This document shows, in pieces, positions 25,901-39,582 of a DNA stretch of 64,000 bases. A model generated the notes under the pieces. The model did no database searches, was not told where the DNA came from, and was given only the letters and a program-made list of their open reading frames with translations. The stretch covers positions 248,001 through 312,000 of the forward strand of contig NC_134034.1 in NCBI RefSeq assembly GCF_964204645.1, read 5' to 3'. The first letter of the stretch is position 1. Every line of letters begins with the position of its first letter. The position numbers and the translations under genes were made by a program. This stretch comes from Tubulanus polymorphus (taxonomy: Eukaryota > Animalia > Nemertea).

Positions 25901-28642
25901 TTGATGATGTCATAGGGGGATTTATGAAGGCAGACATCTTTTCTAGGAGTGTCTATAGTTCAAATCACAAGTAGACAAATTTGATAATGTCATAGGGTGA
26001 TAGAGGCAGACGATGGTGAATAATGGATACCTGTGTTAAAGCTATCTCGTTATATCTCCGTAACGACGCTCCCGCTGATTTCGGGGCGTTACCGCCCTGG
26101 TTGTCACGACTACTCTGCGCTGTACCTCGTTTTGCACGTACTGTATACCGGTGAAACGTTTTATGTTGAACGACTTCATCTCTGTTAAATACAGAGTGCA
26201 ACAAAAATAACATTACGATTTCCAACATAAACTGAGAACGCGGTTCAAAAGTACTTACTTGTTAAAGATACCCCCGGCAAAGTGACCTCCTCCAGTTAGG
26301 AAATAAGCCCACTGTAGTTTATCAGGAATTGCATGAACTGCTTTTAACAAATTACACGACTGATCCTAAAATAGAGTTACAGATATGTGGAATGAAATCT
26401 TTCCAACCCTCACACTGTAGAGTCAAATATTGGATCCATTTACTGTGGAACTGGATCCAGAACTGTAGAACTGACTCCACTCACTGTGGAACTGGATTTA
26501 ATTTACACTTTACCTTTTTGCCATGAAGCACGCAGCGATGAACAGAAATCAATTCATCTTCTACATTTCTAAAATAAACTTTTGGTTGCCGTCGGAGATA
26601 AACCTGTACGGCAGACGGAGCCTCGTTCTCATCGTCGCTGATGGTCGACGACGATACTAGTTTAGAATCATTCCTCTCATCTTCGCTTTCATCGGAATCA
26701 GAACCAGATAAACTGGACAATCCATCACCCTCTGAAATATCAGGGAATCTTAAATAAATAGAGACTAGAGTCGAGGGGGGTTAAGGGGGTTAAGGGGGGT
26801 AAAGGGGGAATACGATACCTGCGAGCTTCTCAAAATCATCCTCCGTAACCGATGGTAACCCTTTCAACTGTTGCTTTAAGTTAAATCTATGCCAGTCGGA
26901 TTTATAATGAAATCTCTGAAATCAATACGTAAAAATTATTAAGTTATTTTCAAATATTTATCATAATAATTAATATAATTATAATAATTAATAATTACCT
27001 GTTCGTATTGATTGTCGAAATGTGATTTACAAATAGAACACGTCATTGATTGAGAGATTGTGTGATTTATAACTACTGAAAAATAGATACAACATCATGA
27101 GGGGTTAAATACATGAACCGCAAGTACAGGAAGAGTTCCCTCCTTCAAACAGAGATTGAACCTGATAACACTGTGACAGCACCCTAGACAGTTACCTGTC
27201 CGGTCCAGGAAGAGTTCCCTCCCTCAAACAGAGGTTGAACCTGATAACACTGTGACAGCACCCTAGACAGTTACCTGTCCGGTCCAGGAAGAGTTCCCTC
27301 CCTCAAACAGAGGTTGAACCTGATAACACTGTGACAGCACCCTAGACAGTTACTTGTCCGGTCCAGGAAGAGTTCCCTCCCTCAAACAGAGGTTGAACCT
27401 GATAACACTGTGACAGCACCCTAGACAGTTACTTGTCCGGTCCAGGAAGAGTTCCCTCCCTCAAACAGAGGTTGAACCTGATAACACTGTGACAGCACCC
27501 TAGACAGTTACTTGTCCGGTCCAGGAAGAGTTCCCTCCTTCAAACAGAGGTTGAACCTGATAACACTGTGACAGCACCCTAGACAGTTACCTGTCCGGTC
27601 CAGGAAGAGTTCCCTCCCTCAAACAGAGGTTGAACCTGATAACACTGTGACAGCACCCTAGACAGTTACCTGTCCGGTCCAGGAAGAGTTCCCTCCCTCA
27701 AACAGAGGTTGAACCTGATAACACTGTGACAGCACCCTAGACAGTTACTTGTCCGGTCCAGGAAGAGTTCCCTCCCTCAAACAGAGGTTGAACCTGATAA
27801 CACTGTGACAGCACCCTAGACAGTTACCTGTCCGGTCCAGGAAGAGTTCCCTCCTTCAAACAGAGGTTGAACCTGATAACACTGTGACAGCACCCTAGAC
27901 AGTTACCTGTCCGGTCCAGGAAGAGTTCCCTCCCTCAAACAGAGGTTGAACCTGATAACACTGTGACAGCACCCTAGACAGTTACTTGTCCGGTCCAGGA
28001 AGAGTTCCCTCCCTCAAACAGAGGTTGAACCTGATAACACTGTGACAGCACCCTAGACAGTTACCTGTCCGGTCCAGGAAGAGTTCCCTCCCTCAAACAG
28101 AGGTTGAACCTGATAACACTGTGACAGCACCTCAGTCAGTTACCTGTCCGGTCCAGGAAGTATTCCCTCCCTCAAACAGAGATTAGAGTTCCCTCCCTCA
28201 AACAGAGATTGAACTACGAGACTCTGTCGAAGCACCCCCTTTAGTCAGTAACCTGTCTGTGGTTTAGTTTCATGATCGGATATTTTCAGGCCTATATCCA
28301 ATTACAAAAACTTACCACCAACGATTAGCTAACTAACTAATGAGCTGATTAGACTGTGTCAGTTTGACCTAGTAGTTTTAATAGCAGGTTCTGTTTACCT
28401 GGTGATACATTCTCATCAGCAGGAACTGATTCAATCTGCAGCTTCTCTTCAGGTGTAGCTAGTTTAGACTTGTGTTCGTTCCCGGTGACCAGCTCTAAAC
28501 CTTGAAATAATTCCACAATCTGTTTTGAATCACTCAATTTTACGAACGTCCGACCTGAATTGTTGTTCCCGCCAGCAGCAGTAGTTTCAGCAGCAGTGGT
28601 AGCTTCAGGAACAGCAGTAGCTGCTTTAGTGGCAGTCGCCAT
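22984..28642 (-). CDS. ANKZF1: Ankyrin repeat and zinc finger protein 1 (Vms1 homolog, RQC peptidyl-tRNA endonuclease), ~15 exons: 28642-28399, [28291-28253], 27075-26999, 26915-26819, 26731-26514, 26365-26259, 26181-26031, 25805-25583, 25482-25351, 25271-25017, 24158-23858, 23773-23563, 23477-23397, 23313-23243, 23110-22984
   Basis: C2H2 finger CSICK...[16 protein letters not shown]1 domain GGGHFAGG / [18 protein letters not shown] / [11 protein letters not shown] / PTRRPTFSE, ankyrin TLLHVAA, C-terminal CWSCG...[13 protein letters not shown]. The bracketed 39-nt exon is tentative. Confidence 0.96.
24184..24936. repeat. 37-bp intronic minisatellite, ~20 copies (TGATGTCATAGGGAGATATATGGAGGCAGCWTCTCGA)
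   Basis: Near-perfect tandem units in an ANKZF1 intron. Confidence 0.97.
27127..28250 (-). repeat. 79-bp intronic tandem array, ~13 copies, containing donor-like GACAG|GTAACT
   Basis: The unit resembles the region around the putative exon-2 donor (GACAG|GTTACT at 28253). Confidence 0.93.
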
Positions 28643-31305
28643 TCTCCAAGTTATAATCTGAATAAGCGTTGAGACTGATAAACCAGCGCCTGTTAAGAGT
28701 ACTATACTGTTTACTTGTAGATCACGAACGGTTATGAAATTATTCAGCTGCGAATCTGAATTTATTTCTTCACAGCCCGCAAGGGCCGAACGAACAAGGC
28801 CAAAAGGGGTATTGCGCAATGTCAATCTAGTATTGAGTCATGCATTAAAACTTTGTTTGAGGTCGAAATTACTTCAGTTCATGAAACATCCGGCCATTAA
28901 AATATTCAACTACAGTTTAACCAGCAAGTTATCACAAGAAGCAGTGATAAAGGTCTGACTTTCATTTTCTAAAACATATGTTTCAGAATAAGGGACAACT
29001 GATAAATGTGGAAAGCTATATTAGTTCAGCGATTCGCCGCTATTGATAAATAGAAGGGCAGCACCTGACGGTCAAAATCTGATACGGGATATTCCTACTG
29101 CGGCATGCGAGTAATTAGAATGAACTTACATTCGTACTTTATTCATCTAAAAAGTATAATTTCATAAAAACTAAAGCTTTAGTCATAGTTAATTTTTATT
29201 TGTGAATGAGTTTTAGGATATTTTCAATAGAACTCTTTCGCGTAGCGAATGTGTAACGAACATCGATGTACACCGACAGCGTACTGATTACTCACATGCC
29301 ACAGATAGAATAAGTGTTACGATCATCCTCGAATCCCGATATTACGGTTACTGAAATCTTGGAGATGATTACTCCAGATGAAATATAGCAAGGGTTGATG
29401 TGCATTCATACATGAGTACTCTATCACAAGGGTCGACGGTCTATTCAGAATTACAGTACTCTGTCGACACCATTATGCCAATTTAAAGCTGAATCATAAA
29501 CTAATTGAACACACTTGAACAAAAGGCGCGATGGCTGCGTGACGGATTAAACGGATTAATGCCCGGTCGGGTTTAGTGGGATTATAGAAATAGATCCATT
29601 TTATGACCCGGAATGACAAAAACAACCATAGAAATTTCAGCAATTGGCTCTTGAATCGTCGAAACGTTGAAAAACTAAAAGCCCAAGGAATACAGGGTAC
29701 GTGGTGGTTCCAGACGTGCCCCCGACCCACCACCCCCCCCCCCCACCCCCCGGGACTATTTTGCGGAGCAAAGTTTTTGTTCTAGCTAGTTTTCTGGACG
29801 GGAGCCGCAAATTTAAATTGAGTTACGGAGGATTGACTGAATCTTCATCACAAAACAAATTATTTTCTATCTATTATATTGCACTAAAGTACGCCGGAAT
29901 GACCAGCAGCTCGCCATCCAATCATTGCTTTTATTTGTCCCCCCAGTTTTTCAGAATGCTGGATCGCCCCTGATTCTAGAACGTTGAATAAACTACTTCA
30001 GCTCATGGAAGAGTTGTTAACTATTTCGCAGACGGCTCCACGCGCAGGAATGACTCGATCCGCGCCTGGCGTCGCCGCTCATTACTGGCAGTAGTACTGC
30101 GACAATCCCAAACAATACAACTCTATATAGCTATACCGTACTGTCATACACAGACAGGACTCTACACATACCGCCGTCTGTCGTGTGACTGTCCTGGAAT
30201 ATATATATATATATGTATATAACATTATTTACTGTAGTCTGATCAAAACCGTAAGTTTTATGTGTTTTACTATGTCAAAACTCGCTCGTAGGGTAAAAAA
30301 TCTCCATAAACTTCGTGTCCTCGTAAAGTCTGCAGAAATGTTGACAAACGTAATTATGTATTCTTATCTTGATTACTTCACTTCACTGAGATCTGGGTTC
30401 AACTGCCCCTAATAAATAGTCCAATCAACTTTAAACAACTTTTGTTTATCGTTTCCAATGATTTGAAGATTCCGACATTTGAACCGTTGCTTCACGCGTG
30501 CGCGTAGCTCTACTCACAATTAGGTTTCTTTATTTTAAGTTCAGGGTCCAGTTTCTCAGTGGTGAATCAAGTCCTAAAGTGATCTTAAATCTGATAAGAT
30601 CGCATGTGAAGTTGTTATATAACAAAGATGGTTTTAGAGTAGTCATAAAGCTAAGTCTTTACTATGCACCCGGCCCGGGGCTTCGATTATCTAAGTCATT
30701 TTTGTTCTATAGCAAGTCTAACGACTCGCAGAGACGTGTCGATAAAACCCGTTCTCTGATGTAAAGTGCGACCACCGCGTCGAAAAATGGGTTCATTTTT
30801 GTCAGTAGCTACAACCAGTCGACTCTTGTGAATACCTTTTGACCCAGTCAATAATTGTATCGTTATTTGCGTCAAAAGCAGATAAAATCAAAACAAACGA
30901 ATCACGCATTTTACTGCGACCGATTTTTTGGAAATTGATAAAACGTTTAAGTTTTCTTTGAAAGATAACTGTTGACGCTGGTTCTGAGTAGGTAAGGCCA
31001 TAGTTCGGTGACCTCAGGGACAGATAAGCGTCGAGTCCTTGTCATATATAAACAAGGTTTACTAGAAATGTTTGTATTGTATTGTGTTTCGTCCCGTGCG
31101 GTAAGACACTGTGAGAAAAACTATTTTTTTGTAAAATACTTTTGAGGAGAAATATCGCGCTTTGCGATATATACTGTTTAAAAACTGTTTGTTTCGTGAT
31201 AAGTCAGAGTGCACCAGGACGTGAAAATGAGAACTAATGCAACACTACTTATTTCAAAATTATTTCTTTAAGATTTGATGAGTTTCACTTGGCAATCGAC
31301 AGAAC

Positions 31306-34300
31306 ATGAAAATAACGTTCGCATTTATACGTCTGCTCGGAAAAGCGCTCTTTACTGGACTCGTTTTGGTCATCGTCGCCGCTGTGACGTCACAAAGACG
31401 CCACCAAACGAAAGGTAAGTACATTAAAAACTCGGGGTCCAATGCGATGGTAAACTATAGGCAACCTTTGAGCACAACTGGCCCTGATTATTCACAACCA
31501 TTGATTCAGACTAAGCCGTGAAACTTTTTCTTGCGATATTTGCATTTTTGTGAGTTTTCCTTTTTAGATGATCAGAATTTCCATACACGCCACCTATTAG
31601 CGACCACTGCCAACACGCCCGTTACTGCCACGATTAGATTCACTCCTCTTGGTCGATCTAGTAACTGCACTGCCCGGGCCAGTCATCAGTTCCCGGACGA
31701 TTTCGCGACCTTGACTGAGAAACGTCACGGATGGATTGTCGTTCACGTGTTTATCAGTTTCTACGCGTTCGGCGCACTGGCGATCGTCTGCCATTCGTAC
31801 TTTATTTCATCACTAGAAGTTTTATGCCAAAGTAAGAAAATTCCGCATCGTTTGTTCGACACTAAATCCTATAAACACAGATTCCATCTTCGCTAACGTG
31901 TTTAACCCGCAAATTGCGTTTGATGACTTTACGTTTTCGATATGGGCAAATTCAAACTTAGCTTCCGGTCACGTGGGACCCAATACTCCAATCATCAAAT
32001 ATTTTCCAACACTAATGTTTACGCCACGACCAAGCAGTTACAGTTATATATATATATATATAAGTCCTACTGACTATATTGGACGTGAAAATAATAATTG
32101 TTATGATGAATATTTGATCAATATCACCATTAATAGAATATAAATCCAATGTTTAAATTGTCATCAGTCAGAAATTGTACACGATTTGGTTCCTCTAGGA
32201 TGTAACATCGCTCAGGATATTGCGGGAGCCACATTTATGGCGGTTGGTACATCAGCTCCTGAACTGGCTACTGCTATTATAGGTAAGATACCACGACTGC
32301 TGCTGTTGTATCCAGTCTGCTGAACGAGAGATGATGTTTATAAGATTTTGTGCGTTTGTTTTTGAAGGTGTATTTGTAACTAAAACGAATGTCGGTTTGG
32401 ATACTGTCGCCGGTTCAACCGTGTTCAATCTGTTTTTTATAACCGCGATCTGTTGTTTATTCGCCACGTCGGTAAGTGACAGATTGTCAGAAATATTTCA
32501 CATTTTGCTATCAGAATCTGTGCCACAATACCGGCCAGTAATTAGAGAATCGGGAATTGTCACCACACTTGACTGGTCACCGGTTACGACACCTGACTGG
32601 GCACCAGTCACCACACTGACCATACTAACTTATAAACTCGCTCAGTCACTACTGGTCTCTGGCCTGGTGGTTAGCATGCTCGTCTTGCATGCTGTGGGCC
32701 GCAGGTTCGAGTCCAGCTAGGGTTAGGGTTACGACCTAGGGTTAGGGTTACGGCTTTGCTAGGGTTAGGGTTACGACCTAGAGGGTTATGTGTCAGCTTC
32801 TTACGGCCTGTATTTTACGGTCGTCGACTGTGGTTGGGTTCGGCTCAAGACCACATGATTTTTTTTCTTAATCCAACAAAATATTCTCCTGTTTCTATAG
32901 AAACTGAAGATAAAGAAGTGGCCTGTGGCACGTGACTCGTTTGCCTTCATCATCGCTGCCTTGACCTTGTTTCTAGTCGTTGTGGATGGAATAGTCACGT
33001 GGTATGTAACGATATCAGTTTCCTGTGAGCTGTTGATAGTTTCTATTGAACGTTGTTAAAACTTGGTTCATATCGCGCTATGGTTTCAGGTATGAATCTC
33101 TGATCACGTTGCTCGTGTACGGATTGTATATAGTCCTAATGTCGTTCAGTTCGAGATTAGAACGATACATCGAGAACAGACGAACGAGGAAAATCATCGG
33201 CAAAACCTTTCATCGTTCTCTGTACGAGGATGAATACGATGAAACATCGTTTCTATTGGGATCGTCTGACACTGAGGTGAAGACTTACACAGTGGATCAG
33301 CAGCAGATTATAATAGTTCCAGAACAGTTTGATAATTCAATAGATAAAAGTGTTCTAATAGTGCACGAGTATAGTGGTGGTGTTACCCCTCAGAGAGAGG
33401 GGGTCGCCGAGATTACAGAGGAACCAGAGTCTGCGGCTACCTCAGATGGAAACTCTGGCGAATTGGAAACTCTTAGCCGAGTGGTCACCTCCGAGGTTGG
33501 AGCCACCCGAGCTGGAGCTGCTGCTGCGACCAATGGCGGTAAACATGCGGTATCGGCGAGTAGCACCACTGAGGAGTCTAAACTAGACAGCATGTCCGAT
33601 TTACTATCAGAAGGTACCACTATTAATAGTCACTCAGCAGATCCAGTTCCATCGGTTGTGAGTTTTTAAATGTAGGCCCTAAAATTGGAAAATGGTTTGA
33701 ATAAAAACTCAAAACTGTGAAACTCGTTCTGGATCTTTACAAACAGCTTCGTTATAATCACGTGACACTCTGTCTATTGTAGGTGATTCACTCGAGTATC
33801 GAAGTCCTGTAGCTCCCCCTAGCGGTCTAGTCGAGAGGATAATCTGGTTGATATTTCTACCGGTGCACGTGACGTATTACCTGACGATTCCCGATTGTAA
33901 ACGTCCCGGATGTTGGAGTCGTCTGTACCCGTTGACCTTCACCGCCGCCATGTTGTGGATCGCCGGTATTTCATACGTGTTGGTTTGGATGATTGAAATT
34001 ATCGGTAAGAATCTAAAAAACAGAAATCAGAAATATCTGAGAAATATCATTTACAACCACTCAATTCCGAATGACCCTGGAAATTTCTCCCCAAGACTTC
34101 AGTTTAGAATAAGGTGAAATTGTGAGCACATAATCATTCCTAATTTCAACCAGGAAAGTGCTCAAACCGGAATGCGCTTAAATGCATCTAATTTGTCTAA
34201 GTAATTACAGGCCGCATACGCGTGTAAGTAACGACCCAATATTCCATGTGCGCCCCTATCGGCCCCTGGCTTGTACTTAAAAACTCGGTTCATTATTTAT

Positions 34301-34861
34301 TTATTCGATTATGTGTAAAAACTGAATCGTTAATTCTTCAGGTGAAACGTTTTCGATACCGGAATCAGTTATGGGTATCACGTTCTTGGCGATCGGCACG
34401 AGTTTACCAGACGCTGTATCCAGTTTATTAGCCACCAGAATGGGTAAGGACGAATTTACTAGAAAACCTCAGTCAGTTTCAGCTGATTAATTATGTGACG
34501 TGGATTAATGAAGAATGAATGGAATCTTTTGCTTGCAGGTTACGGAGATATGGCTGTTTCTAATATAATCGGCAGTAATGTTTTCGATCTGTTATGTTCG
34601 GGATTACCCTGGCTAATCAGTACAGCTATAGTGGATCCCAATTCGGTAATACCTGTAGCCGGCGGTTCACTTCTCTTCACTCTCATCTCCCTATTCGTTA
34701 CGAGTTTAGTGACGATTGTAGGATTCGTTATTTTCAAATGGAAAATGACGGTTAAATTAGGAATTTATAACCTCATCTGTTATTTACTGTTTGTCATGTT
34801 CGCGCTGTTGTATCAGTTCAACTTTTTCGGAATTGTGAATTTACCGCTGTGTCCATCGTAA
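31306..34861 (+). CDS. K+-dependent Na+/Ca2+ exchanger (SLC24/NCKX family). Exons 31306-31414, 31568-31831, 32199-32282, 32368-32471, 32901-33001, 33090-~33613, 33783-34004, 34342-34443, 34539-34861
   Basis: Alpha-1 repeat DIAGATFMAVGTSAPEL, VAGSTVFNL; alpha-2 repeat MGITFLAIGTSLPD, GYGDMAVSNIIGSNVFD; YYLTIPDC. The exon-6 donor is uncertain and the paralog is not assignable. Confidence 0.93.
32655..32790 (+). mobile_element. tRNA-derived SINE-like head followed by TTAGGG-containing repeats
   Basis: A-box-like TGGCCTGGTGGTTAG and B-box GGTTCGAGTCC, then three TAGGGTTAGGGTTACG blocks. Confidence 0.5.
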
Positions 34862-35543
34862 ACATCTCCCGACCTGGTTGCTGATTGGTCCACTGGATCT
34901 CAAAGCCTCGCTGATTGGTCCACTCGATTGCAAGCAAGATGGTAGAGAGTACATAGACCAAAACGAACTGCCGCCTTTTAGTGTTTGATGTGAAGACTTT
35001 TTTTCATGTAACGAGTGAAGAATAATCTTTAGTAGTTGTTTGATAGTTAATGCTTTTTTAATATAAATAAAAATATTTTTTCAAAGAATCGTATTTCAGT
35101 CTTTTTCTATTCATGATGAACCGGACATTCCGCATATCCGAAACTCCGACCAATCAGACCACTCCGATTATGATTAATGCAAATTTATTATAATTTATGC
35201 AAAACTTCAAACGACAAAAGGATAAATTACTTTCAGTAAAATTTATGAATTTATTCACATTTCTTAATACATTGTAATATTTGATTTTCTATTTACATTT
35301 TCTATCATTTATTTTATAAATCTACATCACTCACTTGTTTCATTGTTTGTTTAACACACACAGCGGACCTGAGCATGAGGCTGACGGGTTCATGCAGACC
35401 CGTAGAGCAGCAGCAGGAGGCTGAGGGGTCCCTCAGACCCGTACAGCAGTAGGCTGAGGGGTCCCTGCAAACCCAGCCGCAGCAGTAGGCTGAGGGGTCC
35501 CTGCAAACCCAGCCACAGCAGTAGGATGATGAGGATGACTGGT

Positions 35544-38500
35544 CTAAAGTTTTGAATGCTGCACCTGAGGACCTGAATACAATTCACCTGAAAATATGTG
35601 AACAATTCAAACTATTGTAATTTGTTTAGATCAATTGAAAATCTTTAGCTACAAGTGACGATAAGTTATGAAGAAAGGCTGTTAGGTTGAGGGTTCTAAC
35701 TTCAGACCAGACGCTAGTTTGTGTTATATGAAGGAAGGCTGTTAGGTTGAGGGTTCTAACTTCAGACCAGACGCTAGTTTGTGTTATATGAAGGAAGGCT
35801 GTTAGGTTGAGGGTTCTAACTTCAGACCAGACACTAGTTTGTGTTATATGAAGGAAGGCTGTTAGGTTGAGGGTTCTAACTTCAGACCAGACACTAGTTT
35901 GTGTTATATGAAGGAAGGCTGTTAGGTTGAGGGTTCTAACTTCAGACCAGACACTAGTTTGTGTTATATGAAGAAAGGCTGTTAGGTTGAGGGTTCTAAC
36001 TTCAGACCAGACACTAGTTTGTGTTATATGAAGAAAGGCTGTTAGGTTGAGGGTTCTAACTTCAGACCAGACACTAGTTTGTGTTATATGAAGAAAGGCT
36101 GTTAGGTTGAGGGTTCTAACTTCAGACCAGACACTAGTTTGTGTTATATGAAGAAAGGCAGTTAGGTTGAGGGTTCTAACTTCAGACCAGACACTAGTTT
36201 GTGTTATGTGAAGGAAGGCTGTTAGGTTGAGGGTTCTAACTTCAGACCAGACGCTAGTTTGTGTTATATGAAGAAAGGCAGTTAGGTTGAGGGTTCTAAC
36301 TTCAGACCAGAAACTAGTTAGGGTGAGAAGTGTTTGTACTTACCCAGTAAATCACCTAGCACATGAAACCTATCCGACCCAAATATCATATGTGTTTCAC
36401 CATCTTCAACTTTAGCAACGATTGTAGGAGCTCCAAAAGCCTGCAGCGAAATAAAATTAACAACAATATCTTATAGAGGTTAGCTCCGGCTTTAGGTCAA
36501 TCATAGTCAATCGATCAAATCGTTAGGGGTTAGAGGGGTAGGTGAAGGTCTCCCTGGGTGCAACATTCATATGTAGAAGAATACATTTGAAACTCAAGAA
36601 ACATTGGAACCAAATTTTGACAATCGCAACAATATGGCCACCAGTCCACCCCCACAATGTGGCCACCGCTGCACCACCCCCACAATATGGCCACCACTGC
36701 ACCACCCCCACAATGTGGCCACCAGTCCATCCCCACAATATGGCCACCACTGCACCACCCCCACGATGTGGCCACCAGTCCACCCCTCTAATAGTTACTT
36801 AAATCTGACACAGTGCTACTCACCCCAACTCGAATCTGTGCCAGGATTATTTTTGGATTGAAAATGTATGACGAAAATGAGGGTTTTTCCCCCTAGGGAT
36901 AAAAGAGACAGATAAAAAGAGAACCATTGAACGAATGACATTGATGATTTTGGCACCCGGGGGGTTTAGGGTGAACTAAATTAGTCTGTTCAACTCACCC
37001 CGTATCCTAAAGCCTCCTCCGTGTATTCCTTCAATCGATCTTTCACCGGTTGTGATTTAAAGTTTGTTATAGCGTCGTTGATCACATGTTCGGACAAACC
37101 AGCTTCTTTAGCCGCCTGCAATAGAAATTCATAAGTGTTTTATATATGATAATCTGTGCAAAATTTATCATAATGTATGCAAATTTATATAATTTATGCA
37201 AATTGATTATTATTTTTACAGATTTATCATTATTTTTGAAAAATTCATTATGATTTATGTAAATAGGCTGATTATATAGTTTACATACCGCGATGAAACT
37301 TTCTTCTTTAGTGATGTCTTCATCCTGAAAAAAATACTTATCTTATGATGATTTGATATCTAAACTTCATAATTTATAGAATTTGACCGAGTTACATAGT
37401 CATATTTGTCAGATTTGAACCAGGAGTTAAAATATCATTTCAGAAATGAAATAAACTAAATTAAAATGTTGAGCAAAACTTAACCTAAAAACTTTAAACC
37501 TGAGTCCAGGGGGCTGAAGTTGCTGAAAAGATGTTTTAAGATAACCAGTAGATAAATACCATAGTAACAATGAACTTTTAATTGTCACTTATGTCCAACT
37601 ATCCACTGGTAAGACTCCAACCAACTTTTCAGCAACTGGTTCCAGATATTCAGGGAATAAAGAAAAAATAAAAATTCACTGACCCTGTTCCAAATACGGA
37701 GCCACATTTGGCGTGAAATTTCTTCGGTGAATTCTGGATTTTTCATATCAACAGCAGTTATAAATCTCATAGCTGATAAACTACCTCTCTTAAACATCAC
37801 CTCAACGGGATCCTAATATAATAAATATCACAGAAACATTCATCACAGGCTTCAGGTTAAATCTCAATATCAGTTATGTTCAGAGAATGAAAAGTTACCT
37901 TTGGAAATTCCAGCGGAATTTGGAAATGTTTGCGCAGATGTTGAATGTCGTTTCCCATATAGACAAATTTACTCATATTGAAACCAGGAGGTTGATTTTC
38001 TGATAGAAAAACATTAAAAACTATCAGTAACTAATGTTTGTTTCTTAGGCTTTACTTTGCTTGCATCTTGGTTTCCCAAGACTAACCCTATTGGATTGTT
38101 CATTTAACCTCGACTATCATGGACAGGATTCTTTATCATTAAGGCATGAGCACCAATAAGATGAAACTCAGGGGTGTTGGATTTAGGGTGTGCCGACTGA
38201 CATGATTAACAGTCAATAACTGAACCGTTAGGGGGAAGAAGTCTCTTACAATACTAGTATTATAGCAGAGTTCCTTGAAAGTAAAGAACATTTATTACTA
38301 ACCAGATCCTTTCATGACACCTCCTAGAAAGAATGGTTTCAGCTTCAAATCCATGCTCTTCCATACTTGTCGATAACGGCACAGAACCTACAAGCATAAG
38401 CGAAAAATAAGTAAAGTTGTTTGAAATAAAGTAACTTTAATTGAATTAATTATTCCAACTCCAACTGGGCCTTAATTAAATGATGTCACGTGATGAAACA

Positions 38501-38636
38501 AAAGTTCAATTATTCAGAAGAGTTGAAACGGATGCTTGAATGATAAAAATGCGATTACCTCGAATCCTATCCAAGAATAAGGCGAAACTACGTCGTAAAA
38601 CAATTCGACACTTTTTTTACTTATGGGCGCCGCCAT
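35544..38636 (-). CDS. GSTK1: Glutathione S-transferase kappa 1. Exons 38636-38559, 38387-38303, 37999-37899, 37812-37684, 37324-37289, 37115-36999, 36440-36344, 35587-35544
   Basis: VELFYDVVSPYSW (catalytic Ser), GSLSAMRF, YGAFGAP, FGSDRF; ends in SKL (PTS1 peroxisomal signal). Confidence 0.96.
35668..36319. repeat. 60-bp intronic tandem array, ~11 copies
   Basis: ATGAAGRAAGGCTGTTAGGTTGAGGGTTCTAACTTCAGACCAGACACTAGTTTGTGTTAT repeated in the last GSTK1 intron. Confidence 0.97.
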
Positions 38637-39435
38637 CTTGAATACTCAGCTGCCACAGTCGAGTTCTTCGAACCAATTCAATTCAATTTAAAACTTTTGG
38701 TCAGCTGCCACAGGTAGATTCTGATCGGAATCGAGTTCGAATCCTCAAAATAACTGTTTTCGGGGCTGCAGTCGGAAAATTAATTGGATAAACGCAAAAG
38801 AGGAAATTTGAGTTAGTAGACCTGTCATGACAATTTCATCACATTGTCATTACTTGTTTAATAAATGTGATCTATTGTTTTCTAAATATAAATCGCGGCG
38901 ATTATTTCTATAGTTTTGTGCCATAGGCGAATAATATCATCATTGATCATTTTTGCTAGAGAAATAATTTCGTTGTCACAGAAATTATCAAACTCATCAA
39001 TACCACTTTTATTTTCATCCGAAATTATAATCAATTTTTATCGTTTTTAGGTAGGAGACCAACGACGCCCACGAATACGAATTCAACAACCTGCCGCAAA
39101 CTTTTGTATAGTAAATTGAAGTTTGAATATAAAGCTTTTTAAAGAACGCACTTGTGTTATATTTGTAATTCATTTCACGCAGCTCTCGTCATATCATCAT
39201 CGATTAACTGGAATTCCGGCGAATACCCGACGCGGGTGACGAAACCGAATTTCAGATATCATTTCATTTGCTTATCGATAGTAGTAACTAATCTAACCGA
39301 CAATAGATTTTAATTTTCTTATCCAAGCATTTATGTATAGCACCTAAACAATTGAATTATACATTTGTTGTGTCTTTCGAAAAATATGTTTTATTCGCAT
39401 GCCACAGAAGGAATATCGAGCAGCGTAAAATCTCA

Positions 39436-39582
39436 ACCGTCTAGTGCTGCCTCTTTACATATCGTTGACGGTAAATGTGTGAACTAACTTATTACTCACT
39501 CGCCGCAGTAGAAATATTTTACAAGTCGTGTTAGTTCGTGTCTTTACCGCTAATGATAAATGTAGGGGCAGCACTTGACGGT
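39436..39582. repeat. Imperfect palindromic element; related copy at ~29036-29310
   Basis: ACCGTCTAGTGCTGCC...CGGTAAA pairs with TTTACCG...GGCAGCACTTGACGGT. Confidence 0.7.

Noticed and set aside
27127-28154. 45-nt repeated exons (ATCAG|GTTCAA...GACAG|GTAACT) in the ANKZF1 array
   Set aside because: They contain TGA in the required phase and would leave only 34-nt introns
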